In this document: in pieces, positions 1 through 9,443 of the stretch | How the letters are laid out: each line of letters begins with the position of its first letter | Position numbering within the stretch: the stretch's first letter is position 1 | Assembly (NCBI GenBank): GCA_025558095.1 | Contig: JAIVFI010000030.1 | Location: forward strand, 124,001-188,000 | Reading direction: 5' to 3' | Length of the DNA stretch: 64,000 nt | Source: Hyaloraphidium curvatum SAG 235-1 | Lineage: Eukaryota; Fungi; Monoblepharomycota | Translations under genes and position numbers: made by a program | Notes under the pieces: model-generated | What the model was told of the DNA's origin: nothing | The model's input: the letters and a program-made list of their open reading frames with translations, nothing else | Database searches by the model: none

Positions 1-1354
1 CTTCTTGCCGTCCCCGGAGTAGGAGCCCAGCCGGCGCGCGGGATCGACCTCGAGCAGGGCGAGCACGAAGGACCTGGCGTCCGGGGAGAGCCGCGCGATC
101 TTGGCGCGGTCGATGTACTGCTCGGGCCTCAGGGTCTGCTTGCGCGCGTAGGCGTTGATGAAGACCATCGAGAACGGAATCATATCGTTCAGGCTGTCCA
201 GGAACGGGCCGTTGTTCCCGCCCTCCGGGCGTTGGACATTGCCTGTGAGTATGTTGTACGTGAGCACCCCCAGTGACCACCAGTCGGATTCGAGTCCGTC
301 TGAAAAGGCGGTGAGAGGGAAGAATCAGCTGCTCCGGCCCGGCTTCCGCGCGCTGGCGACTCACAGGGGGGTGCTTGAACGCCCACGGGGAAGACAATGA
401 CCTCGGGGGCCCGAACACGGTAGTCGCATGCGCCCGCCTCGGACAGGTCCAGCAACATGTTGGAGGCTTCGACGGCGCAGCCAAAGTCGGCGACCATGGG
501 CCGGCGCTTGGCGTCGAGCAAGATGTTGCCGGCCTTGAAGTTGCGGTGGATCTGATTTACGGGACAGGTGAGCCGTGGCCCTTCAGACCGCGAACTGTGT
601 AACCCACGATGCCCTTGGAATGCAGAAACCCGAGGGCGATGGCGAGCTGCCCGATCATGATCCTGGCCTTGTCCTCGGGTATCCCACCCGGGCGGGAGAA
701 GAATTTCCCCTTGCCCGCGACCTCGCTGTCGAGATCCGACACGGCCTTTGACATGGCGATGGAGAAGGAAACCACCAGCTTGCTTTCCACGACGCTCCGG
801 CCCATTCAGTGGCCCCAGTATTTGACGATGTACGGCCCGCCGCTCACCCTCTGCATCTGCAAGCGGGAGCGGATCAGCGGCGGTCCGGATGGGGGCGTGC
901 GGACGGGGAAACCCACCAACTGCGGTTCCGTGCGCGACGACCTCCGGACCGCGGTCGGGCGCGGGTCTGGGCCGCAGGGCAGCTCCTGAAAGTATACCTG
1001 CTCCTTGATCGCAAACATCCGCACCGGGCTGTTCTCGACGGTGTCGATCGCCGCCGGCTTGGCGGCCTTGAGCGAGGCCAGGAGCACGCGGCCGAACGCG
1101 CCGGAGCCGAGCTCGTGGCCGACGTCGAAGTAGGCCAGCGGGCCCACGGCCCTGTTGCTGTTGCGCACCACGCGGTTCGGCAGCACGATCTCGGCGGACA
1201 CCGCCGCCGGCTGGCCGCGTGCGGCGGTGCAGGCGGGGCCGCCGCGGCCGCCGCCCGCGCGAGAGCCGCCGCGGCCACGCTCGGCCGCATCGGCCGGCAG
1301 CGCGCTGATCAGCGCGAGCGCGAGGAGCGCCGCGAGCACCCGGCGGGCCGCCAT
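1..1354 (-). CDS. Ser/Thr protein-kinase-fold protein with N-terminal signal peptide; probable pseudokinase (3' end runs off the window)
   Basis: ATG at 1354 gives MAARRVLAALLALALISALPADA. Motifs across spliced exons: GSGAFGRV, FAIKE, LHSKGI|IHRNFKAGNILL, VADFG, RAPE, SDWWSLGVL. Confidence 0.85.
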
Positions 1355-1657
1355 CGCCGGTATCCGCGCCTGCGGGTGATTCTGCGAAGCGAGGTGGGTC
1401 CTGCGGCCATCGGCCCGCCTAGGCATCTCCGCCCATCATCCAAAACCACCGTCACGCCGATCCAGGAGCTTCTACTGTTCACATCCAGGTCAATCTCTGC
1501 TTCTACTGTTCAAATCCAGGTCAATCTCTGGAAGTTGTACCCTGCCATCTACCCCCTGCGCGAGGCGCAAGAGGCCCTCGTTCGCCACGGGGTCGCCAGT
1601 GGCGGCTGCCTTCGAGCAGTATCGAGAAGTGATTCGATCGGCACATCATCAGCACAT

Positions 1658-3196
1658 CTATCCGAGCTTCTGGATCCCGCACATCGATTCCATGGTCACT
1701 GTCACGCCGAGCCCGCGCACGATGCCCCACAGCGCCCCGAGCGCCGTGAGCGCCGTGACGGCCAGCGTGCGGACCAAGCCCCACGTGACGGTGAGCCCCA
1801 ACCACCTGGCGAGAGGCGCCTCGGCTGCGAGGCATCCCAGCAGGGCAGCGTGGTCCCTGATTGCGGCGGCAGCGGCCGGCGGCATCCCGGGCCGTTGGAC
1901 AAGGAGGCGGAGAAGCGCGCTCCGCCCGGAATCGAAGACGTCGGCGACGGCTGCAACGCGGGCGTTGGCAGCGGCGATGTCGAAAAGGTACGAAAAGGAA
2001 AGCCAGCTGTTGTAGAAGAGGACGATGAGCTGCCAGGCCGTGAAGCATGATCCGACGGCCTCATGGAGGAGTCAAGAGTCAAACGAGCGCAAAAAAACGG
2101 CGATGGCAAAGTGACCCACGGAGTTCAAAATCAGGCCCAAAACCAGACAAGGGAGCGTGACAAAAGCCAGATTCCGAGCAAAGGAATGCAAGTAAGCCAA
2201 AGGTCCTTGAGACCAGAGTCCAGCCAGCCGACGGTGGAAAGCCACGTAGGCGCTCGAAGCACCATTCTCAGAGCCAAGCCCAGCAAGCGATTCCGGGTCG
2301 TCACGGGCGGTCCGGATCAGTTGGCCGATTACGATAGTCGCAGCCCGCCGTTGTATGCGCAGCGATAGTTGGGTCATGCGCTCGTTTGAAATACTAGCGT
2401 TCCTGAAAACGATGACCGGCACGCTGACTAGCACCAAGGCACAGAGGAGAGCGCCCACAAGGGCACCCCACCAAGTGGCCCACACAACCGGGCCCAGGGT
2501 GACGAGCGGGGTCCAAAGCGTGGCTGGGCAAAGAAACAGGACAATGGTGACCTTCAGAATGTTGAGAAAGAGGTAGCTTGCGGCAGCCTGCCCCGGGAGC
2601 TTCCCGGCGCACGAGGTCCCTGGGCAAGAGCACAGCTGGTCGTCCCGGGCTGAGTGTTCCACGAGCGACGAAGGCGCGGAGCAGACTCCAGCCACCGTAG
2701 GCAGCAAAGATGCCCACCGGGATATCTGCCTCGCCCAGTGGGGCACAGTGTCCTGATCCGCCCACCGTGGGCGGACCCGGAGGGATTGGTACAACAAGAA
2801 GAACAAGGTCGGCAAGGAGGAGAGGGCATGTGCTATCATGCCCGCGGCAAACGGCCCGGAGGGCAGCGTAATCCAGGGCGAGGCGTACGCCGGAAGGGCG
2901 GCCAAAAGCACCAGTGCCCCAAGACGGTGGACCGCGAACGAGATGTCCCCCAGCAGACTATTGCGAACCGGCTTCCTCAGCCACTCCAACGCGCGCGCCA
3001 TGAGCGCCAGCAGTGGTGAAAACCTTGCCGTGGCGGCCGCCGCCTCGTCGAGTGGAACTGCCGGAGGCGCGGGTTCCTTGGCGCCTTCCTCCTCGTCGCC
3101 CGCGGCAAACACGTCCGGCGGATCCGCGGCGGCGACGGGCAGGATCGCGAGCCATTCCTCCCGCGTGAAGGGCGCGTCGGAAGAGGCCGACACCAT
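1658..3196 (-). CDS. Multi-pass membrane protein, possibly gustatory-receptor-like/DUF3537 (7TMIC) fold
   Basis: ORF 2072..3418 joins ORF 1658..1885 in frame once a 60-nt GT-AG intron (2060-2119) is removed. It has about 6-7 hydrophobic segments and ends RWLGLTVTWGLVRTLAVTALTALGALWGIVRG. Confidence 0.7.
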
Positions 3197-4085
3197 GGCG
3201 ATTTGGGCGCTACTGGGAATCGAACGTGTTGACTTCTGCGGAAGGGATGGCGACGATGGCGATCGACGCAGCCACATGCGATTTGGCGAGCCACAAAATT
3301 TACAGAGGCTCCAGCGGTTCCAGTGTCGGGTCCTCGAACGGTTTTGCACTTTCAGCGAAGCGCAAATAGGCATCCGATCTCCTTTTGGGGGTCTTTTCTC
3401 TGTCGAAAACCTCAGCACTTGTCGGGAGCCCCGGATTGGGCCGGCCTGCCGATCCGCCGGGGTGGCTGTGCCAGGGATCGGATCGCGTCCTCAAGCTTTA
3501 ATGGAAACCCATCTTGTCTGCCGCCCGGATCGGAGTTGTATTCACCGTCGGGGCGCCGCAACGCCCGCTCGGGCACGGGGGCAAGCCGCGGTGTGCCTTC
3601 CCGGATAGGAACCCGGTCGTTCCCGTGTCCTTTGGGATGAAGAGGCGCTGTTCTGCGCTTCCCGCGCGCTCGAACCCCGCTGGCTGGGCGCCAGTGCGTC
3701 AGGAGGCGAGGGGGACGGAGCCCCGGAGCTGAAGGCGCGAAGCCCGCCAGACCTGGCCACGACGGGGGGACAAGTCTAAACTGTTCGCTTTCGGGGCTCC
3801 AGTGTAGGCTTTTGATGGTTGAGAGATCGCGGACGGCTCCCGATTCGGCCGAATTCGGCCGGCCATCAGCCAGGCGGACCAATGTTGCGTCCTTTCAATC
3901 TTGCGTCCTTTTTGTCATTGCGCTCCCAACCCCCCCGCAAGTTCGCCCTCATCGTCAGTTGAGCTGCCTGTCTGCCACGGTCCGTTGTGTGCGCTGGTTG
4001 CAGACTGTGGGGAGCGGCGGCGAGCCGCACCACGGGGCAGTCCTGTCGGGCGGACTCGTCGACCCTCTCCAGGACGTCCCCCGCC

Positions 4086-4836
4086 ATGCCGTCCCCCGCG
4101 AAGTTCCTTCTCGTGCTCGGCCTGCTCGGGGCCTTGGCCGTCTCCGCCGGCGCTGTGTCGTGGGTACCTGCGCTCCCCCGCGATGCCCGCCAGGGTTGAC
4201 GCTCCGGCTCGGCAGGACCCCGCACGTCGTCTTCAGCCGGTCCTGCGCCGAGTGCGACGTGGGCGCCTACTGGTGAGCAGATCGTCCTTCCCTCGACGCA
4301 ATGCCCGGTTCTGACTCGGTCCCCGCCAACGACGCTGTGCCCCGCGACGACGCCGCGATCTCCGCAGCGAGTTCAACCACCCCGACGCCCCCGCCAACGT
4401 CCCCCTCGCCTGCGTGACCCACGGCTCTGTGCGCTCCCTCTACAGACGCTACGCTGGCCCCGGCTCCGTCTGCTCCACCGTCGCCGACTGCGGCAGCACC
4501 CCCGACATAGCTTGCGAAGGCGACTGGGTCAACAGCCGCACCGACGTCGCGGCCACGTACGACATCTCCACGAGCAAGATCTGCAACAACGGCAGCCCCA
4601 TCTACACCACGACCTTCCCGGCCACGGGCACGGTGATTACCAACACCATGCGCAACACGTGCCTCAGCGTCTGCGGCACGGCGGCCGGCACCGTGTTCCC
4701 CGCCCTGACGCAGATCACGCTCATGGGCACCACTCTGACCTGCAATTGTCTGCAGACGTGCTCGACCGTCAACACGGGCGGGTACTCGGCGGTGCAGCTG
4801 TGGTCGGTGACCGGGATCTGCTACATGGATGACTGA
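4086..4836 (+). CDS. Small secreted cysteine-rich protein (about 3 exons)
   Basis: Signal peptide MPSPAKFLLVLGLLGALAVSAG; two GT-AG introns; Cys/Thr-rich last exon (ORF 4414..4836). Confidence 0.7.
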
Positions 4837-5215
4837 TCAGACACTGGTGACTTCAAAAACAAACGGTGGTAGTGTGTCGATGGAAGGAACAGTATTTGGG
4901 TGTTGGATAGCGCGAACTCCTTCAACTTAGGCGGATATACATTGCCTCTTTCAGCAAGAGAGTGTCCTTCAACTTTCCTTCCGTTCCGTTTCTCCAACTG
5001 CGGAGTCGCACGCTGCCGGGGCATCCACAACGACTCTGCACCACGGAGCTCTGTGCTCGCCTGCACGGGCGCGCATAGCATGCCGCGGTCCCCTTGCACC
5101 CCTGTCTGTCCGCCTTTTGTCCGCCGCCGCAGATGATTTGTCAACCGTCGACTCGACGCAATCACCGCCGCCGCGAACCATCCAATCCGATCCACCCACC
5201 ACAACAGCAGCAGAC

Positions 5216-5416
5216 ATGCCCAACAAGACGCCCATGACCGGCGACGCGGCTGCGAGGATCCAGTCGGCAACGGCCAAGTCAAGGGGGGCTGGCGATACCT
5301 CCAAGGACAGCTTTCCAGCCAGGGCGCAGGCGGCCGGAGCCAAGAACGAGGCCGGGGCCGGGAAGGAGGCCCGGGGAGGGCGGCAGGGCAAGGGCGCGGA
5401 GGGCGAGAAGAAGTGA
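5216..5416 (+). CDS. Small hydrophilic SMP/LEA-like (seed maturation protein-like) stress protein, copy 1
   Basis: MPNKTPMTGDAAARIQSATAK...DSFPARAQAAGAKN matches the short fungal 'MT..DA.RIQS...GFA.RAQ.AA.KN' pattern. Confidence 0.75.
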   Translation: MPNKTPMTGDAAARIQSATAKSRGAGDTSKDSFPARAQAAGAKNEAGAGKEARGGRQGKGAEGEKK

Positions 5417-5448
5417 AGTTTGGCGAGGGAAGGTGTGAGAACCTTTTG

Positions 5449-5761
5449 GCGGAGGCGTTGGAGCACCTCTGAATGTCCCTCTCGGTCCCAGGAATCCCAG
5501 AACCGGATCGCTTGAGCTTTTTCCACTCCTGCAGAGATCGGAACTATCAAAAATAGCTTGATTGCCGGGCTGTAGCCGCCCAGAGCACCTTGATCACGAC
5601 CGTCGAACTTTACCCTCGCCTGATCGTCCTCTGTCCGGCAACTTCTGCGATTCCGAGCTAAATGGCACAAATAAGAGCTGACTATCTGCGACATCCATCC
5701 CTTTTTTATCCCCGCCTGGGGTTGTTGTTGGTGCGAACTCCACGCTCGCGGTGTGAAATCG
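5449..5761 (+). repeat. Degenerate dispersed repeat, copy A (homologous to 13115-13443 and partly to about 6190-6290)
   Basis: Shared blocks such as ggagcacct, agatcggaact, tgattgccg.gctgtagc, ctgcgattccgagcta, ggtgcgaactc and cgcggtgtgaaatcg occur in the same order and orientation. Confidence 0.8.
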
Positions 5762-5964
5762 TTTTGGAGAATATCCGTATCTGTACAAAAAGGATATCAT
5801 CCCGCGCCGGCCGGTGGCACGTAGCCTCGCTTCCGGAAGGCGGTAAAGATATCAGTAGTGCCGCGAATACATAAAGTAGATAGGCGTTGACGCATGTTGC
5901 ACATGAAGGTAGCACCGCCGCGAACCATCCGAACCAACCCGCCGCACAAACCAAGGACCCAAAC

Positions 5965-6216
5965 ATGCCCGACAAGACGCCCATGACCTGCGGCGCCGCC
6001 TCGCGCATCCAGTCCGCCGCGGCCGAGGGCGGCGGGGATACCTCCGAAGACGGCTTTCCGGCCAGGGCTCGGGCGGCCGCGGCCAAGGACGAGGCCGGGG
6101 GCGGGAAGGAGGCCCGGGGAGGGCAGCAAAGCAAGGGCGGCGGAGGCGAGAAGGAGATAAGTTTGGCGAGGGAAGGTGTGACGTGGAGCATGGGGAGGCG
6201 TTGGAACACGTGCTGA
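5965..6216 (+). CDS. SMP/LEA-like protein, tandem copy 2 with stop codon lost (possibly decaying)
   Basis: MPDKTPMTCGAASRIQSAAAE...GFPARARAAAAKDE. Copy 1 has AAG TGA AGT TTG where copy 2 has GAG ATA AGT TTG, giving a 19-aa extension. Confidence 0.6.
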   Translation: MPDKTPMTCGAASRIQSAAAEGGGDTSEDGFPARARAAAAKDEAGGGKEARGGQQSKGGGGEKEISLAREGVTWSMGRRWNTC

Positions 6217-6440
6217 CCGACCTTCCTCTGCTCGAGAAGTCCCGACGCAGGATCTTTGAGCGTTTCGCACCTTTGCATATGGCGGAAGTAGCTCTTTTGT
6301 CGGCAAGGTCTGCGGTTCCGCTGCTGTTTTGGGCAGAACTAGGGCCGCTGGCGCGCGCAAGGACGCCGGGGATCCAGCCGGATCCGACCTGACTCAACGC
6401 ATGTGCCAGTGTTTGGACGCACCCCACCTGCCGCGCCCCC

Positions 6441-7158
6441 ATGCCGCCGCTGTACGCCGCCCTGTCCGTGCGCCTGTCGCGGCTCGTGCTCCCTGCCGTC
6501 GGCTTCTTCAGCACCGTGGCGCTGTTCCGGCTGCTCGACGCCCCCGCGCCCGCACGTGCGTCTCACAGCAGCCACCCTCGTCTCCTCGCCGGGCTACCTC
6601 GCCGGCGTGCTGTTCCACCGCCCGTCCGCGGCTGCCCACGCGGATCTCCTCCGGCGCTCGAAAGGGCACACGGCCACGATGATGGGGGACCAGCCCTTTG
6701 TCGTGCAGACGTACGCGGGGCGGTACCTGGGCCTGCCCAAGTGGTTCAACATGGCCTTCAACTTCTTCGACGTCGGGGGCTACTACGACCCCGAGCGGGC
6801 GAGGATCGTGCATTTCGCGGGCAAGTACAAGCCGTGGCTGCCCTGCGGCGCGTTTCCCGAGTCCAAGATCTTCTGCGCCGAGCCGCACCCGGCGATGCGG
6901 CAGTGGTGGGATGCCTTTGCCGGGGCCGCGCGGGAGCTGGGCCTGGAGGCGGCGGACTTTGCCAACTCGACGGGGACCTGCCAGGTTCTGTTTTCCGACC
7001 TCATGAATGGCGGCGGGGGCCTGCTCGGAGGCCGGCCGGGGCCGGAGGCGGCAGACCGGCTGCGGCGCCGGACAGGAAACGGCGACGGCGCCGTGGTCCG
7101 GGCCAGCGGCGCCGATCAAGAAGCGGACGAACCTAACTCGCCTGCATCCACGAGGTAG
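6441..7158 (+). pseudogene. GT8 (glycogenin-like) glycosyltransferase paralog with internal deletion and frameshift
   Basis: The N-terminal anchor (frame of 6441) shifts into ATLVSSPGYLAG|VLFHRPS...GDQPF...VHFAGKYKPW. The central DxD-containing region present in the 11.4-12.5 kb paralog is missing. Confidence 0.7.
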
Positions 7159-7293
7159 CTTGTAGGGACCAGGGCGCTTTTCGGTGTATCGGTTCTCTAT
7201 ACTGCGGCGGGCGGCTGTGATCCATCCCCCCGATATTATGGTCCGGCAGTCACATCAACGAGAAGACGAGCGGGGCTGTATAACGAAGACACC

Positions 7294-9264
7294 ATGCTGC
7301 GGCGCGGGCTGCTCGTGTCCGCGCTCGTCTCTGTAGTTGTGCTGCGCGCGCTGCTCTCTGCGGTGCCCGCGGGCGCGCCGGGCGAGCGAGCCGGCGCGGC
7401 ACCCGCGCTGTGCGCCCCCGGCACGGTGTCCGTCGTCGCCGCGTGCCGCGACCGCGCGGCCAACCTGCGGCGCGCGGTGGCCAGCTGGCTGCGCGTGCGT
7501 GGCGCGTGCTCGCTGACCGTCGTCGACTGGGACGGCCGCGACGAGCTCGGCGCGGTGGTGCGCGAGGCGCTGCACGGCGCCGGCGCGACGGGCGCGGAGC
7601 TGCGGGCGGTTGCGGTGCTGCGCGTGTCCCCCGCGCCCGGCGGCCCGCGCATCGCCTGGGCGCTGACGCGCGCCTTCAACGCCGCCTTCGCGGCGGACAA
7701 GGCGCTGCGCTCGCACGGGCTGCAGCACGGCGGCACCCTGTCCATGGCTAACGCGTCGAGCGGCCCGCCTGACAACCAGGTGCTCTTCAAGGCCGACTGC
7801 GACGTGCTCGCGTCGCCGGACCTCGTCGCCGCGCTGCGGGCCGCGAACTCGAACGGCTCCGCCGGCTCCGGCGCCGACTCGCTCGTGCCCCCCGGCTCGT
7901 ACGTCAACGTGCCCTGGCCCCTGCAGCGCAGCCCCAAGGAGCTGCACCTCAGCGGCTCCTTCCTCGCCCGCGCCGCGGACGTGCACAGGGCGGGCGGCAT
8001 GGACGAGCGCATGCGCGGCTGGGGTCCGGACGACCAGGACCTGTACCGGCGCATGGCGCTGCGCAGGATCTTCCCGCCCGTCGGCGCCCTGGAGCACATC
8101 CCGCACGGGGACATGGAGAGGCTGGCGGCGTACGGGTTGAGCTACCCGAAGCCGGTGAGCGCCTCGAGGATCGTCAGGATGCTCGCCGTCGCGCCCCCCT
8201 GGGACCCGGCGTCGGCTACCGTACTCCGCATCGACCGGGTCGAAACGAGTGGGGACGCCCCCGCGCTCGTCCTCGCCGAGGCGCAACCGGTGCACCTTCC
8301 CGCGGACCTCGACGGCTCGATCCCCCCCGAGGCTCTGCGCAAGATCGACGCCCAGGCGTGCGCCGAGGCCCTCAAGTTCTACGTGCTCGGTTCCGGCCCC
8401 GAGGCGCGCCGCGCTTTTTGCACCCTGCCCCGCGCAGCGCGCACGATCCGCTCGTTGGTGGCCGCCGCGCCGGAGCGAGGCAACGACACCGTGCTGCTCA
8501 CCGCCCGGCTCTCGGGCAGCCTCGTGCGGCGCATCGAGGGCCTCTCGTGCGCGCTCCGCAGGGCGCGGGAGCTGGGCTGGCACCTGCGCGCCGTGTGGGA
8601 GCCCGACGCCGATTGCGCCTCGGGCGCCGAGGACGTGCTCGACGCCGCGGGGCTGGACCTGTGGGACCGCCCCCCGGGCCCGGAGGAAGCCGAGCTGCTC
8701 GCGAACCGCACGCTGGACTTCCCCGACCTGGCATCGCTGGATTCGCGGGCCTTTGCGGGCGACCCGGCGTGGGGCAGCAGGGTGCGCGACCGCACGCGCG
8801 TTTGGCACGCATCCGCCGATCCCGGGCCGGGCTGCGCGGCTGGGCGCCCGGGCAGCCTGGAACCCAGCGCGGCGGTCCGGCAGGCCGCGGACGCGCTTCG
8901 GCTCCGGCTGCCCTCCCCTTACGACGCCCTGCACCTCGGCGCCGGCGCCCCCGACGGCGACCCCGCGGCGATCGCCCCCGCCTTCCCCGCGCCGGCGGCC
9001 TTCTTCCTATCCGCGGACGAACCCCCGGCCCTGCTCCGCGCCGCCGCCGCGCTGGGCCCCCGCGCGGTGCACTTCCCCCCCTGCGCCGGCGCCCGCACGG
9101 CGGAGTGCGAGCGCGCGGCGGCGGCGGCGCTGCTGCTGCTCGCGGGGGCGCGGAGGGTGCATGTCCGGGGGTCGGAGGACGTGAGGAGGGCGCTGAGTGC
9201 GCTGGCGGTGGGGGAGGGCCCCGAAATTGTCGGGATCGGCGGGGTGGATGGCGGGGCGGGGTGA
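7294..9264 (+). CDS. Type II membrane glycosyltransferase: GT2/GT7 (galactosyltransferase-like) domain fused to a degenerate GT-B/fucosyltransferase-like domain
   Basis: Intronless, 656 aa, N-terminal TM. Motifs: VSVVAACRDR, VVDW, LTRAFN, KADCD (DxD), GGMDERMRGWGPDDQDLYRRM (GT7-C). The C-terminal half has GSLVRRIEGLSCA..RELGWHLRAVWEPDADC and FFLSAD. Confidence 0.8.
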   Translation: MLRRGLLVSALVSVVVLRALLSAVPAGAPGERAGAAPALCAPGTVSVVAACRDRAANLRRAVASWLRVRGACSLTVVDWDGRDELGAVVREALHGAGATGAELRAVAVLRVSPAPGGPRIAWALTRAFNAAFAADKALRSHGLQHGGTLSMANASSGPPDNQVLFKADCDVLASPDLVAALRAANSNGSAGSGADSLVPPGSYVNVPWPLQRSPKELHLSGSFLARAADVHRAGGMDERMRGWGPDDQDLYRRMALRRIFPPVGALEHIPHGDMERLAAYGLSYPKPVSASRIVRMLAVAPPWDPASATVLRIDRVETSGDAPALVLAEAQPVHLPADLDGSIPPEALRKIDAQACAEALKFYVLGSGPEARRAFCTLPRAARTIRSLVAAAPERGNDTVLLTARLSGSLVRRIEGLSCALRRARELGWHLRAVWEPDADCASGAEDVLDAAGLDLWDRPPGPEEAELLANRTLDFPDLASLDSRAFAGDPAWGSRVRDRTRVWHASADPGPGCAAGRPGSLEPSAAVRQAADALRLRLPSPYDALHLGAGAPDGDPAAIAPAFPAPAAFFLSADEPPALLRAAAALGPRAVHFPPCAGARTAECERAAAAALLLLAGARRVHVRGSEDVRRALSALAVGEGPEIVGIGGVDGGAG

Positions 9265-9443
9265 AGCCGCGGAAGACGGGGGATGGGCACCTCCTTGTCT
9301 GCGTTGCCCGCCTCGCAGCAGGCCCATCCGAGGAAGTATCTCATCCTATTTGTGCACGGTTTCGGGACGCCCTTCGAGGAATGGCGGATCGATTGAGGGT
9401 GTAGGGTGTCCCGACGCGCTGAACCGCGCCTCGCACGGACGCG

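Noticed and set aside
2060-2119. Apparent in-frame TGA read-through or selenocysteine in the membrane-protein gene
   Set aside because: The TGA lies inside a canonical 60-nt GTGGGT...AG intron.
6555-6570. A 13-nt GTGCGT...CAG 'micro-intron' that would restore the GT8 remnant's frame
   Set aside because: It is far shorter than the ~50-nt introns elsewhere and the gene is already internally deleted. A frameshift is more parsimonious unless RNA-seq shows splicing.
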